NCBI GenBank assembly: GCA_963790025.1
Contig: CAWBMP010000003.1
Span: forward strand, 32,001 to 96,000
DNA length: 64,000 bases
Direction of reading: 5' to 3'
From: Nitrospirota bacterium
GTDB lineage: Bacteria > Nitrospirota > Thermodesulfovibrionia > Thermodesulfovibrionales > Dissulfurispiraceae
Shown here: positions 49,070 through 58,272 of the stretch, piece after piece
Numbering within the stretch: the first letter of the stretch is position 1
Layout of the letters: each line of letters opens with the position of its first letter
Position numbers and translations under genes: made by a program
The notes under the pieces: model-generated
Seen by the model: only the letters and a program-made list of their open reading frames with translations
What the model was told of the DNA's origin: nothing
Databases searched by the model: none

Positions 49070-50533
49070 TTAAAACATTACCTGAATACCGCTATTGATA
49101 ACATATTTGGTTTTCAACTGCAAGCCGTTCAGGTTTTGATATAGTGGAATGCCGCCTTCCACTCCAAAAGTAAGTCTGCCTGCCACGAAATTCACTCCTA
49201 TTAAACCGTCTAGTCGCTGACCCCCGTAATTGCGGGGATCGCCATCAGGCGCCGGAGCCCACATTTGGCTTAATTGGATCTGGGAGTCCTGGCCGCTGAT
49301 CCTTCCTGTATTGCTATAGGCAAGGCGCAACCATGTTGCCGCGGGGCCGAAGGTACGCTGCAGCCAACCGGTAACCTTGAACTCGTCCCCGAGGCTGTAG
49401 CCTTCACTGTTTGTGCCTGTATGATATGTATACATGACTTGTCCGCCCCAGTTCCATTTGTAGTCGTCGCTGAGGGCGGTGTATGTCAGCGCAGGCTTGA
49501 GGTCCCATGTGCCGGAACCAAGTTGCATGTCATAGGGCGCCCGCTCTACTCTGCCCATCATCACATCCGTTTGTTTGATGCTGCCGGTGGGAAAGCTGAG
49601 ACCGAGACTGCCGACCAGGTACTTGTTGATCTTGTAAAGCCCCCTCAGTTCTGTGTCACTGACTCCTTCCGTATGCATGGGGGATTGGGACATGTAAGGC
49701 ATGCCCGACCCCATGTTCATCACCATCTGCATATTATTATATTCATAGTTAGCCATGCCCATCAGGGTCAGGTTGTCAGTAACACCGTACATCGCCATAA
49801 ACATATGCATGTACATGTCCATAGAGGTGGGTATCATCATATAGTTATAAGCCTTGCTGCTGCCCATAGTACTGCCCATACCGCCACCCATAGAACTGTT
49901 ACTATAACCGACACTGTGTGTATCGACGTTGTTAGTGCCGGCGCGCAGCCCGCCCATGTTCATATACATGGTCTTGTATGTGAACATCCACATGCCGGCT
50001 GGGTGAGTATGGTACAGCTCGTCGCCAAACGCTGGATTAAACACCATCTGGCCTCCCGGGTGACGGTGAATAATATGCCCGCCCTCCAGAGCCACTTCAT
50101 CGGTGGCAGCTTTCATCGCTTCGTCGAAGGTAGCCACTTTGCCGCCATGTTCCTTAACAAAATTCTGAGCATCCTCTTCCCTGGCAAAGGCCCATTTTGC
50201 CACATCGTTCATGACACTAATCTTATCACCGCCGACAACCCATGTTGCAGTTTTTGCATCTATCATCTTCTCTGATGCGTAATCGGCAACCATGATCGAT
50301 TTGACCTGCCTGTCTTTGTTTTGTTTCAGCTCCCAAACTGTACAGTGCAGACTGCAGACCGCCACGGTGGTTCCGTCAGTAAAGACGACAACCATACGGC
50401 TCTTGGCGGCATCGGCGAGGTCCATCCCGCATATCGGACAATCTTCTGCGTATGCAACGCCGGCATAAGCGCCCGCAAACAGCAGGCACATTATCAGAAA
50501 CATTGTGAATTTTTTCATATAATTATTCTTCAT
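49070..50533 (-). CDS. NosL domain fused to a Met-rich outer-membrane beta-barrel
   Basis: N-terminal CPICGM..CSLHC..WAF; C-terminal HTHPAG, PTGSI, MQLGSGTWD, NLNGLQL, terminal F. Confidence 0.78.
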   Translation of the reverse strand: MKNNYMKKFTMFLIMCLLFAGAYAGVAYAEDCPICGMDLADAAKSRMVVVFTDGTTVAVCSLHCTVWELKQNKDRQVKSIMVADYASEKMIDAKTATWVVGGDKISVMNDVAKWAFAREEDAQNFVKEHGGKVATFDEAMKAATDEVALEGGHIIHRHPGGQMVFNPAFGDELYHTHPAGMWMFTYKTMYMNMGGLRAGTNNVDTHSVGYSNSSMGGGMGSTMGSSKAYNYMMIPTSMDMYMHMFMAMYGVTDNLTLMGMANYEYNNMQMVMNMGSGMPYMSQSPMHTEGVSDTELRGLYKINKYLVGSLGLSFPTGSIKQTDVMMGRVERAPYDMQLGSGTWDLKPALTYTALSDDYKWNWGGQVMYTYHTGTNSEGYSLGDEFKVTGWLQRTFGPAATWLRLAYSNTGRISGQDSQIQLSQMWAPAPDGDPRNYGGQRLDGLIGVNFVAGRLTFGVEGGIPLYQNLNGLQLKTKYVINSGIQVMF

Positions 50534-50752
50534 AACGAATACTCTCCTTTTAAAAATTGTGTCTTCAGAACCTAACGACGGCGGCCCTGAGATGAATTCT
50601 CTGATATAAACAGGCAGCCTCCGGCAAAACTGTTTAACCTACAATTAACAACGGGACTTGAAAGGATGAGTTCACGGAACAGCAAATATACTGATTTATT
50701 TCAGCTATCTCATTCTCTGTGAACTCTGTGTTTAAGACTTTACAGGAGGAAC

Positions 50753-51040
50753 TCAGGCCTCGGGAGGACGATCCTTCAAAGTGAAACACTGATATAAACA
50801 AAATATGGGGTCGGTTACGGTATGCGGACTGGTAAGCAACAGTTTTAATAGTTCATATTTGTTTTCACAGAAAATGGAGACATCGACGGCTGAAAGTACG
50901 GACGAACCCGCCTTGTCACAGAAATCAAGGTTGAAGAAAGAAGCGTTATTACTGCTGTGGGATTGCGGAAAGGAGAGTTTCAGCGGCGAGGCCGCTGTCA
51001 GGATAAAAGCAATTAAAATAAAGATACCTGCTATTTTCAC
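50753..51040 (-). CDS. DUF2946-like upstream ORF ending KDRPPEA
   Basis: Signal/TM, FNLDFC, IFCE, C-terminal DRPP; paralog of 51876-52163; TTGACA/TAAATT promoter abuts the GTG. Confidence 0.65.
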   Translation of the reverse strand: MKIAGIFILIAFILTAASPLKLSFPQSHSSNNASFFNLDFCDKAGSSVLSAVDVSIFCENKYELLKLLLTSPHTVTDPIFCLYQCFTLKDRPPEA

Positions 51041-51229
51041 AGGAGAATTTAAAACTATTGATTAGGTTCTGTCAAATGCTACTAACCGGGAAAAGCATTT
51101 TTTGTAAATTTATTGAAGAATCTCTTCCCCCATCGTTCATTCAAGTGACTTACCCAAACCGTCGATGCTATGAAAGTAGTGTAAACGTTCTTGTGTGAAA
51201 ATGAAATAGAGTAAAAATAGGAAATTTTG

Positions 51230-51658
51230 TTATGCAAAGAACCAATATTCAATGAGGAGGAATGGAATACCAGCCCCTATCAGTGTTCCGCAAGTTCCTC
51301 CCCAGCCTGAAGTTCCACCATGGGCAAATTGAGCAACCTCCATAGGGAATGATATATAAGGCCCGCCTACTTTTTTCCTGAGGACTGTGACTACCCCGCT
51401 CAAAGCCGCATAACTGCAGAAGCCTTTAAACCAGTTGTCATGGGCTATATTCCCAACCTCTTTAATCTCTGCAGCACTAAATTTTTTGTACGGCCACGGC
51501 AGCGCTGAGCTGCTTCCCTTGGCGGCTTCAGCCTTTGCTCCAAAATCCAATACCCCTGACGCTGCCAGGGTAATACCGGCTGTTGCTGCAACGAGGCCGG
51601 TGTTTTTCAGAAAGCATCTTCTGGACAAAGAACCCTCAAGTGTCTTATCGATCTTCAT
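51230..51658 (-). pseudogene. Truncated Tat-exported C-GCAxxG-C-C / split-Soret cytochrome c-like protein
   Basis: SRRCFLK Tat signal, LPWPYKK, GFCSY, HGGTSGWGGTCGTLIGAG, then non-homologous AT-rich tail; no heme-binding C-terminus. Confidence 0.65.
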
Positions 51659-51730
51659 ACCTTTATTATCTCCTCTGGGCTTCCGTCATCCTGGAAGCCG
51701 CGTGAATAGTGTTAGTAGATACCCCTTCAT

Positions 51731-51794
51731 AAAAAAAGTGACTCCGCTTCAGAACATCCGCACGGTTTAGGTTAAGATATCCCGAAGCGGAGTC
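51731..51794 (-). terminator. Intrinsic terminator between the upstream ORF and the downstream gene (attenuator candidate)
   Basis: Minus strand GACTCCGCTTCGGGATATC...GATGTTCTGAAGCGGAGTC followed by AC and T7. Confidence 0.7.
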
Positions 51795-51875
51795 TAGTTA
51801 TGGGGAAAACATGCGCAAAACTCTCACTCGCAAGAGAGGCGCACACCGGACTCACATCATTCGGAACTTAGCGGG

Positions 51876-52163
51876 TTAGATTTCTGGGGGACGCTCTTTC
51901 TGAAAGGGCAATAAAAAAGAAGTCATGGAAAGTTCGGACGTTTGGAAAACCCCGTCAAATTGCAGCAAGGGTAGCTTACAAGTGCATTCGTACAAGGAAG
52001 GCGAATCCGTGTTCACGGAAAAAGACGCATCTGATGCATGGCAAACATTAAGAGTAAAGATGAAGGCCATGTTAGAGTTTTGGCTTATCGATATGTGAGG
52101 CTTAACCGGAGTGACGATCGACACCATCAGAATAATAAGTACCAACAAGCTTTTCAGTTTCAT
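51876..52163 (-). CDS. DUF2946-like upstream ORF ending KERPPEI
   Basis: Signal/TM, FTLNVCH, YECTC, C-terminal ERPP; TTGACA-17-CATAAT located 8 nt before the ATG. Confidence 0.68.
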   Translation of the reverse strand: MKLKSLLVLIILMVSIVTPVKPHISISQNSNMAFIFTLNVCHASDASFSVNTDSPSLYECTCKLPLLQFDGVFQTSELSMTSFLLPFQKERPPEI

Positions 52164-52305
52164 ACAGATTCATTATGAGAGAAAATTAAATTATTGTCAA
52201 ATTGAATCATGAGAAAGTTTAACCACGTCTCAAAAACAACACACATTGCTGCTGCTACACTGCCGATGACTTGATAGTGCTGGGTAAGACATTATAAAAT
52301 GGTAA

Positions 52306-52731
52306 ATGAAACTATCGATTATTTTTTTAATTACAGCGATTTTCCTTTGTGCCTGTGAAAGTCATTCTGCATATCGCAGGGCGCCTTTTGACGGGAACAA
52401 GTCCGAAATAGATATAAGTAATTTTAAAGAAAATGAACCTGAATTTTACTCTGTCGTTCTTGACGGTCAAACTGTCAATTTTTTTCTCATCAGGATAAAT
52501 AGCGAGATTCAGTCGTACTTTGATGCGTGCAGGGAATGTTTCCGCAAGAAATTGGGATTTCGTTTTAATGAAGGTTGCATCCAGTGCAAAGCTTGCAATG
52601 TGAAATATCCGCCGGAGGCATTAAAAGAGGGAATAGGCAGTTGTGCTCCCATTCATCTAAAAGGCTCGTTGCAGGAAAACAGATACATTATTACCCGTGA
52701 AGCCTTTATTGAAGGCAAAAAATACTTTTGA
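52306..52731 (+). CDS. DUF2318-like Cys-rich (predicted Fe-S) lipoprotein
   Basis: LCAC lipobox, FDACRECF, CKACN, GIGSCAPI. Confidence 0.78.
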   Translation: MKLSIIFLITAIFLCACESHSAYRRAPFDGNKSEIDISNFKENEPEFYSVVLDGQTVNFFLIRINSEIQSYFDACRECFRKKLGFRFNEGCIQCKACNVKYPPEALKEGIGSCAPIHLKGSLQENRYIITREAFIEGKKYF

Positions 52732-53246
52732 CTCGAAGATATTTTGGCCTACATTATTCATAAACTTAGTCAAGAGCAGGCGGGACATGGTGGTGAGCGA
52801 CCTTCTCACGGATACGGTAAGTAAATGGAGGAAAGATTCGTTAAAACGCAAATCATAAGATTTCAACACATTGATGTCTCATTTAAAACAGCAGATTGAA
52901 TAACTTTTGATTGTTTCAATCGAAAAAACATACTTGGTAACGTGGTGCAGATAAGGACTTTGATGTGGAAGGCGCATTTATTGATCACTAGAACCGCTGA
53001 GTAGTATAGGCCGAAGTCGAGAAGGAGATTTTGACAGTTTTTGGCGGTAATGAGCATTTTGGGTGGTCAGAGATTTATGTGCATGCGTGTTGATCGCATA
53101 ATTTCGGGCAGAATTCATGAATTGGGCGGACGTTCTCCATCATGAAAGAAGTGCTAACACCGAAATTAAAGCGGTAAACTTGTCAAAAATTGTCCTAAGC
53201 CGCCGGTTCACTCAGTTTGATGGTGGATTATGGTTGGTACAATTTA

Positions 53247-53275
53247 TTGACACGCCGAAATAAATGGAATATACT
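53247..53275 (+). promoter_or_regulatory. Sigma70 promoter of the DEAD-box helicase gene
   Basis: TTGACA-17 bp-TATACT. Confidence 0.7.
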
Positions 53276-53371
53276 AAACAACCTATTGAAATCTAATTGT
53301 TCTCGGTGCATAGCAGGCACACGCCCTGAGTTTTTTTTTGCAATGGATAAAAAAAGAGAGGTAGCTAACAT

Positions 53372-54928
53372 ATGAGATTTGATGATTTCGGATTGTCAAA
53401 AGAGACCCTTCGGGCCATATCGGAGATCGGGTTTGAAGAACCTACGCCTATACAGGCTTCCGTTATCCCGCTGATTATGGGTGGTTCAGATATTATCGGA
53501 CAGGCGCAGACCGGCACTGGTAAAACTGCCGCGTTCGGCATTCCAATCGTTGAAATGTGCAAGAAAAGCGACCGTCCCTTTGCCATTATACTGGAACCCA
53601 CGAGAGAGCTTGCCGTTCAGGTCGCAAAGGAGATCGATCTCGTGGGGAGCCGGAAACGGGTCAGAGTGCTGCCGGTCTACGGCGGGCAATCCATCGAAAA
53701 CCAGATAAAGGCCCTGAAACATGGTGTCGATGTCGTCGTCGGTACGCCGGGGAGGGTGATCGACCATTTGAACAGGAAGACCCTCTCTCTAGCCGGGGTA
53801 AAGATGTTGGTTCTTGACGAGGCCGATGAAATGCTGAATATGGGATTCATTGATGATATCGAAACGATAATCAAGCAAACGCCGGAAGTAAGGCAAACGA
53901 TGCTTTTCTCTGCGACAATGCCGCAACCCATAGTGAGCATCGCCAGGAAGTACATGAATGAGCCTGAAAAAATACGCATCAATCCCAAGGATGTTGTTAT
54001 CCCGCAGATCAAACAGGTGTTTTATGAGGTGCGTGAAGGGGACAAGATAAATGCGCTTTCCAGGCTCCTCGATGTGGAAAACCCTCCGCTGGCGATTATA
54101 TTCTGCCACACAAAACGCGAGGTAGACGAAGTTTCCATGAAGCTTGGACAACTGGGCTACAATGCAAGCGCTCTCCACGGAGACTTTACCCAGGCCCGCA
54201 GGGATGAGGTTATGTACAAGTTCAGGGAGGGGATGCTTGATATACTCGTTGCCACTGACGTTGCTGCGAGGGGACTCGATATAAAAAATGTTTCCCATGT
54301 CGTCAACTACAGCATTCCACAGAGTCCCGACAGCTATGTCCATCGCATCGGAAGGACTGGCAGGGCCGGGAAGTCCGGGATAGCCATAACATTTGTAACG
54401 CCCCGGGAGTACCGTCATTTACGGCTTATCGAGCAGACCGCAAAAACCGTTATCGATAAAAAAAGATTGCCGACTACGGAAGATGTCATGAAGGCAAGGG
54501 AACAGAATATCCTAAAAGATATTTTAGCTATAATAGAGGAGGGCAACCATACGCGTTATCTGCAGGCAGTTACAAAGCTCTCCCAACAGCACAGTCCTGC
54601 CGATATTGCTGCCGCGGCCTTTTTTGCCGCATACGGAGAAATTAAAGAACAGGCGCCTGCAGGGGAGCAGACGGCAGCAAAAGGAATGGTGCGTCTGTTC
54701 CTGACTATCGGCAGGAAGGACCAGATAAAGGTTGCCGACATCGTAAAATCGATAGCGTCTGAAGCAAACATACCCTACAGCAAGATAGGCAACATCGATG
54801 TACTCGAAAAATTTACCTTCGTGGAAGTGCCGGCGGAACTCGCGGACCGTGTTATACGGTCGGTGGACGATATGATCATGAAAGGTAAAAGGATCAAGAT
54901 ACAACAGGCAAAAGCAAGACCCTCATAA
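53372..54928 (+). CDS. deaD: DEAD-box RNA helicase with DbpA RNA-binding domain (DeaD/CshA-like)
   Basis: Q motif, AQTGTGKT, PTRELA, DEAD, SAT, HRIGRTGR. Confidence 0.92.
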   Translation: MRFDDFGLSKETLRAISEIGFEEPTPIQASVIPLIMGGSDIIGQAQTGTGKTAAFGIPIVEMCKKSDRPFAIILEPTRELAVQVAKEIDLVGSRKRVRVLPVYGGQSIENQIKALKHGVDVVVGTPGRVIDHLNRKTLSLAGVKMLVLDEADEMLNMGFIDDIETIIKQTPEVRQTMLFSATMPQPIVSIARKYMNEPEKIRINPKDVVIPQIKQVFYEVREGDKINALSRLLDVENPPLAIIFCHTKREVDEVSMKLGQLGYNASALHGDFTQARRDEVMYKFREGMLDILVATDVAARGLDIKNVSHVVNYSIPQSPDSYVHRIGRTGRAGKSGIAITFVTPREYRHLRLIEQTAKTVIDKKRLPTTEDVMKAREQNILKDILAIIEEGNHTRYLQAVTKLSQQHSPADIAAAAFFAAYGEIKEQAPAGEQTAAKGMVRLFLTIGRKDQIKVADIVKSIASEANIPYSKIGNIDVLEKFTFVEVPAELADRVIRSVDDMIMKGKRIKIQQAKARPS

Positions 54929-54956
54929 GCAGGGTCTGAGCACAATGTATTTGTGC

Positions 54957-55121
54957 TTAGACCGTTACCTTCTCAAACTGGTCTTTCTCAGCGTTGCAAA
55001 CCGGGCACAGCCAGTCATCGGGCAATTGTTCAAAAGGCGTGCCGGGTGCAATGCCCGAATCCGGGTCGCCGGCCTCGGGGTCATAAATGTAACCACATAC
55101 TGTGCATCTCCACTTTTCCAA
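54957..55121 (-). CDS. Rubredoxin (54 aa, TTG start; missing from the ORF track)
   Basis: [63 protein letters not shown]. Confidence 0.95.
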   Translation of the reverse strand: MEKWRCTVCGYIYDPEAGDPDSGIAPGTPFEQLPDDWLCPVCNAEKDQFEKVTV

Positions 55122-55338
55122 GTTACTTCCTTCTTTTGTTCATGTCATCATAGATACAAAATTATACCAGATTTAAACCGGGTTTTTAATATATTTTGCC
55201 CTTCATATTCTCTTCACAATTGCGTGTTAAGCTGGATCAAAAAGGAGAAGGAATGCAGGGGCCCTTCAGGGCTTCAAAACCGGAAAAGAGCAAACCGCAA
55301 AATTCCATGTTATTCTTAACTAGGAATAAGGAGGAACT

Positions 55339-55731
55339 ATGAAAAAACTTATTTTGTTGACTATGTCCATCGTTTTAGTGTTAGCAGGTGTTGCGTATGC
55401 AAAAGATTATGAAGTTACAAAGAAGACAGGGGAATATGATGTGGTGGTTACGATAGACAAGAACCCGCCGGTTGTGGGTAACAACAATGTAACCGTTACC
55501 GTAAAAGACGCTGCCGGCAAATATGTGACTGACGCAAAGGTAAAGATAGAGTATTCCATGCCTGCAATGCCCGGCATGCCGGCAGCGAATTACAGGACCG
55601 ACGCCGTGCTGAGCGGGTCTAAATATGCGGCTAAGATGAACCTTTCAATGTCAGGTCCATGGAACGTAGCGGTGAAAATATCAAAGGGCGGCAAAATTTC
55701 TACCGTGAAGTTCAATGTGGACGCTCAATAA
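55339..55731 (+). CDS. YtkA/FixH-like periplasmic protein
   Basis: Signal AYA, PPVVGNN, YSMPAMPGMPA, SMSGPW. Confidence 0.82.
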   Translation: MKKLILLTMSIVLVLAGVAYAKDYEVTKKTGEYDVVVTIDKNPPVVGNNNVTVTVKDAAGKYVTDAKVKIEYSMPAMPGMPAANYRTDAVLSGSKYAAKMNLSMSGPWNVAVKISKGGKISTVKFNVDAQ

Positions 55732-55744
55732 GGAGAAAAGACAG

Positions 55745-57079
55745 ATGACGGGGGACAGTCGCAGCGACTCTGGGCGAACACGCGCGTCGGCAAGCTTCTT
55801 ATTTTTGTTGTTAGTTTTTTGTTATATGTCTTCCGGCATCTGTTTTCTCACTTCACGCGCTGCCTTCGCCTCCGATCAAACATTGCGGCTCCAGGACCTC
55901 ATAGTTGAGGCATTGCACAGCCATGAAATACTTATGTCGGAATCGAGGGCCCTTGCGGCTCAATATAAGATACCCCAGGCAATGAGCCTTCCTGATCCCT
56001 TGTTCACGTTCGGTTATCAGAATGATAGTTGGAATAAATATACTCTTGGGAAGTCTGATGATTCTCAATGGATGTTTTCAGTGTCCCAATCATTCCTGTT
56101 CCCCGGTAAGCGAGGTCTGAAGGGCGACATGGCCTCAAGAGATGCCGAAAGCCTCAGTGCCCTGCATGATGCAGCGCGACTGAGGACCATTGCACGGATC
56201 AAGGAGCTTTATTATGACCTTTTCTTCGCTTACAAAAACATTGATCTTATCAGGGACAGGGCCAATCTGTTTTCAAAGGTTGAAGATGCCGCGCTCGCCC
56301 GTTACTCCTCGGGGACTGGATCGCAGCAGGAAGTCCTGATGGCCCAGACCGAGAAATACATGCTCCTTGAGAAGGAGGAGATGCTCAAGCAAAAGATTCA
56401 GTCATTGGAGGCAATGCTCAATTCCACAATCGGAAGGGACATTAATTCACGGCTTGGCAGGCCTGTTGAGCCGCCGCTGAGCGAGTTTAACCGGGACATG
56501 AATGAAGTCATAAGCCTGGCATATGAGAATTCTCCGGAAATAAAGTCCAGGGAGAAAATGATTGCCTCGGCCGAAACAAAAGTTAGAATTGCCCAAAAAG
56601 AGTATTATCCGGACTTCACTGTTGCAGCGAGCGTCTTTAAGCGTGCCGGCGACTTTGAAGATATGTGGAGCCTTACTACCACTATTAATATTCCTATATT
56701 TTATAAAGATAAACAGGACCAGGCCGTCCATGAGGCGGAAGCCTCTATGTCTGAGGCGCGCCACGAACTCGAGGGGGCGAAATCTATGCTCTCCTCAAGC
56801 ATAAGGGACAATCTGTCAATGCTCAAGGCGGCAGAACGTTTGATGGACCTTTACAAAAACGGATTGATACCGAAAACCTACCAGGACTTTGAATTGTTGC
56901 TTTCCGGATATGCCACCGGCAGGACGGAGGCAATAACCGTTATTACGAGACTCAAGTCGGTGCTTGATTATGAAATCTCTTACTGGTCGCAGTTTGCAGA
57001 GCACGAAAAGGCGATTGCGCGGATTGAGGCGATAACAGGATTATCACGTACTACTATTACTGATGGGGCTGGGAACTGA
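55745..57079 (+). CDS. TolC-family outer-membrane efflux protein (CusC-like)
   Basis: LPDP, SQSFLFPGKR, YYPDF repeats; precedes MFP and RND genes. Confidence 0.88.
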   Translation: MTGDSRSDSGRTRASASFLFLLLVFCYMSSGICFLTSRAAFASDQTLRLQDLIVEALHSHEILMSESRALAAQYKIPQAMSLPDPLFTFGYQNDSWNKYTLGKSDDSQWMFSVSQSFLFPGKRGLKGDMASRDAESLSALHDAARLRTIARIKELYYDLFFAYKNIDLIRDRANLFSKVEDAALARYSSGTGSQQEVLMAQTEKYMLLEKEEMLKQKIQSLEAMLNSTIGRDINSRLGRPVEPPLSEFNRDMNEVISLAYENSPEIKSREKMIASAETKVRIAQKEYYPDFTVAASVFKRAGDFEDMWSLTTTINIPIFYKDKQDQAVHEAEASMSEARHELEGAKSMLSSSIRDNLSMLKAAERLMDLYKNGLIPKTYQDFELLLSGYATGRTEAITVITRLKSVLDYEISYWSQFAEHEKAIARIEAITGLSRTTITDGAGN

Positions 57080-57081
57080 AA

Positions 57082-58272
57082 ATGCAGAAAAAGAATCTTT
57101 TCATCATCGTTGGCGTTGCGGTTATTGCCCTGGCTGGTCTCATATATTTTTTGTCTAATGCGTCAGCTCCTGCAAGAAAAGACTCACCGGCTGCCCAGGT
57201 TCAGCCGGCGGCCGGACAATCTATTCAGGCCGGACAACAGGCTGATTCTGCAGAGCAGGAGGAAGCGCCCACTGTCGAAATCCCGGTAGAAAAGCAGAAG
57301 CTGATCGGAGTGAAGACCGTTATTGCCGCAGTAAAGCCTATGCAGAAGATTATCAGGACTGTAGGTCTCGTCGAATACGATGAACGCAGGCTTGCCACTG
57401 TGAATACGAAATTCGAGGGATGGATTGAAAAACTCCATGTCGATTATACCGGAAGATATGTCCGCAAGGGTGAGTCCCTGGCAGAGATTTATAGCCCTGA
57501 ACTCCTGGCTACACAGCAGGAGTTCATTAATCTTCTCAAATGGGAGAAGGAAAGCAAGTCGGTCAAAAATGACACCATGGGTTCCATGCTCGCAAAGGAC
57601 TCCAGTGCGATTATCGATGGGGCACGGCAAAGATTGCGTCTCTATGACATTTCCGATGAGCAGATAAACAAGATTGAACAAAGCTGGAAACCGGTCCGTA
57701 CTGTGACTATCTACAGTCCGGTAGGCGGTTATGTGGTGCAGAAGATGGCTTTCCAGGGCATGCGCGTCATGCCGGGTGAGAAACTCTTCGATATAGCCGA
57801 TCTTTCGACTGTGTGGATATTGTCCGACATATTCGAATACGAGCTTCCGCTCATAAAAACTGGAGAGAAAGCCCTGATCAGCCTCAGCTATTTCCCCGGC
57901 AAGGAGTTTTCAGCGACCATTGACTATGTTTATCCTGCTATCGCCGTTGATACCCGCTCTGCCAAGGTTCGGTTTACCATCCCGAATCAGGGCAACAGGT
58001 TGAAGCCGCAGATGTATACCAATGTCGAGATAAAAATAAACCTTGGAAATAAGCTCATCATTCCTGATGACGCTGTCCTCGATGCAGGTAAGCGCCAGGT
58101 GGTCTATGTTGAGAAGGGAGAGGGTAATTTCGAACCGCGTGAAGTCAGCATAGGCGTAAGGTCTGACGGAATGGCCGAGATAACCAGGGGTCTGAAAGCC
58201 GGAGAACGCGTTGTGTCAGCGGCGAACTTCCTCATCGATTCAGAAGCGAAACTGAAAGGGATCGTCAAGTAA
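57082..58272 (+). CDS. cusB: RND periplasmic adaptor (CusB-like)
   Basis: GWIEKL, YSPEL, LKPQMY, FLIDSE. Confidence 0.85.
   Translation: MQKKNLFIIVGVAVIALAGLIYFLSNASAPARKDSPAAQVQPAAGQSIQAGQQADSAEQEEAPTVEIPVEKQKLIGVKTVIAAVKPMQKIIRTVGLVEYDERRLATVNTKFEGWIEKLHVDYTGRYVRKGESLAEIYSPELLATQQEFINLLKWEKESKSVKNDTMGSMLAKDSSAIIDGARQRLRLYDISDEQINKIEQSWKPVRTVTIYSPVGGYVVQKMAFQGMRVMPGEKLFDIADLSTVWILSDIFEYELPLIKTGEKALISLSYFPGKEFSATIDYVYPAIAVDTRSAKVRFTIPNQGNRLKPQMYTNVEIKINLGNKLIIPDDAVLDAGKRQVVYVEKGEGNFEPREVSIGVRSDGMAEITRGLKAGERVVSAANFLIDSEAKLKGIVK

Noticed and set aside
49274..50275. Long antisense ORFs (333 aa here, also 3757-4548 and 60684-61466)
   Set aside because: They are antisense shadows of well-supported genes
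52740..53240. ncRNA or IS remnant upstream of deaD
   Set aside because: No recognisable motif, terminal repeat or coding remnant found by eye
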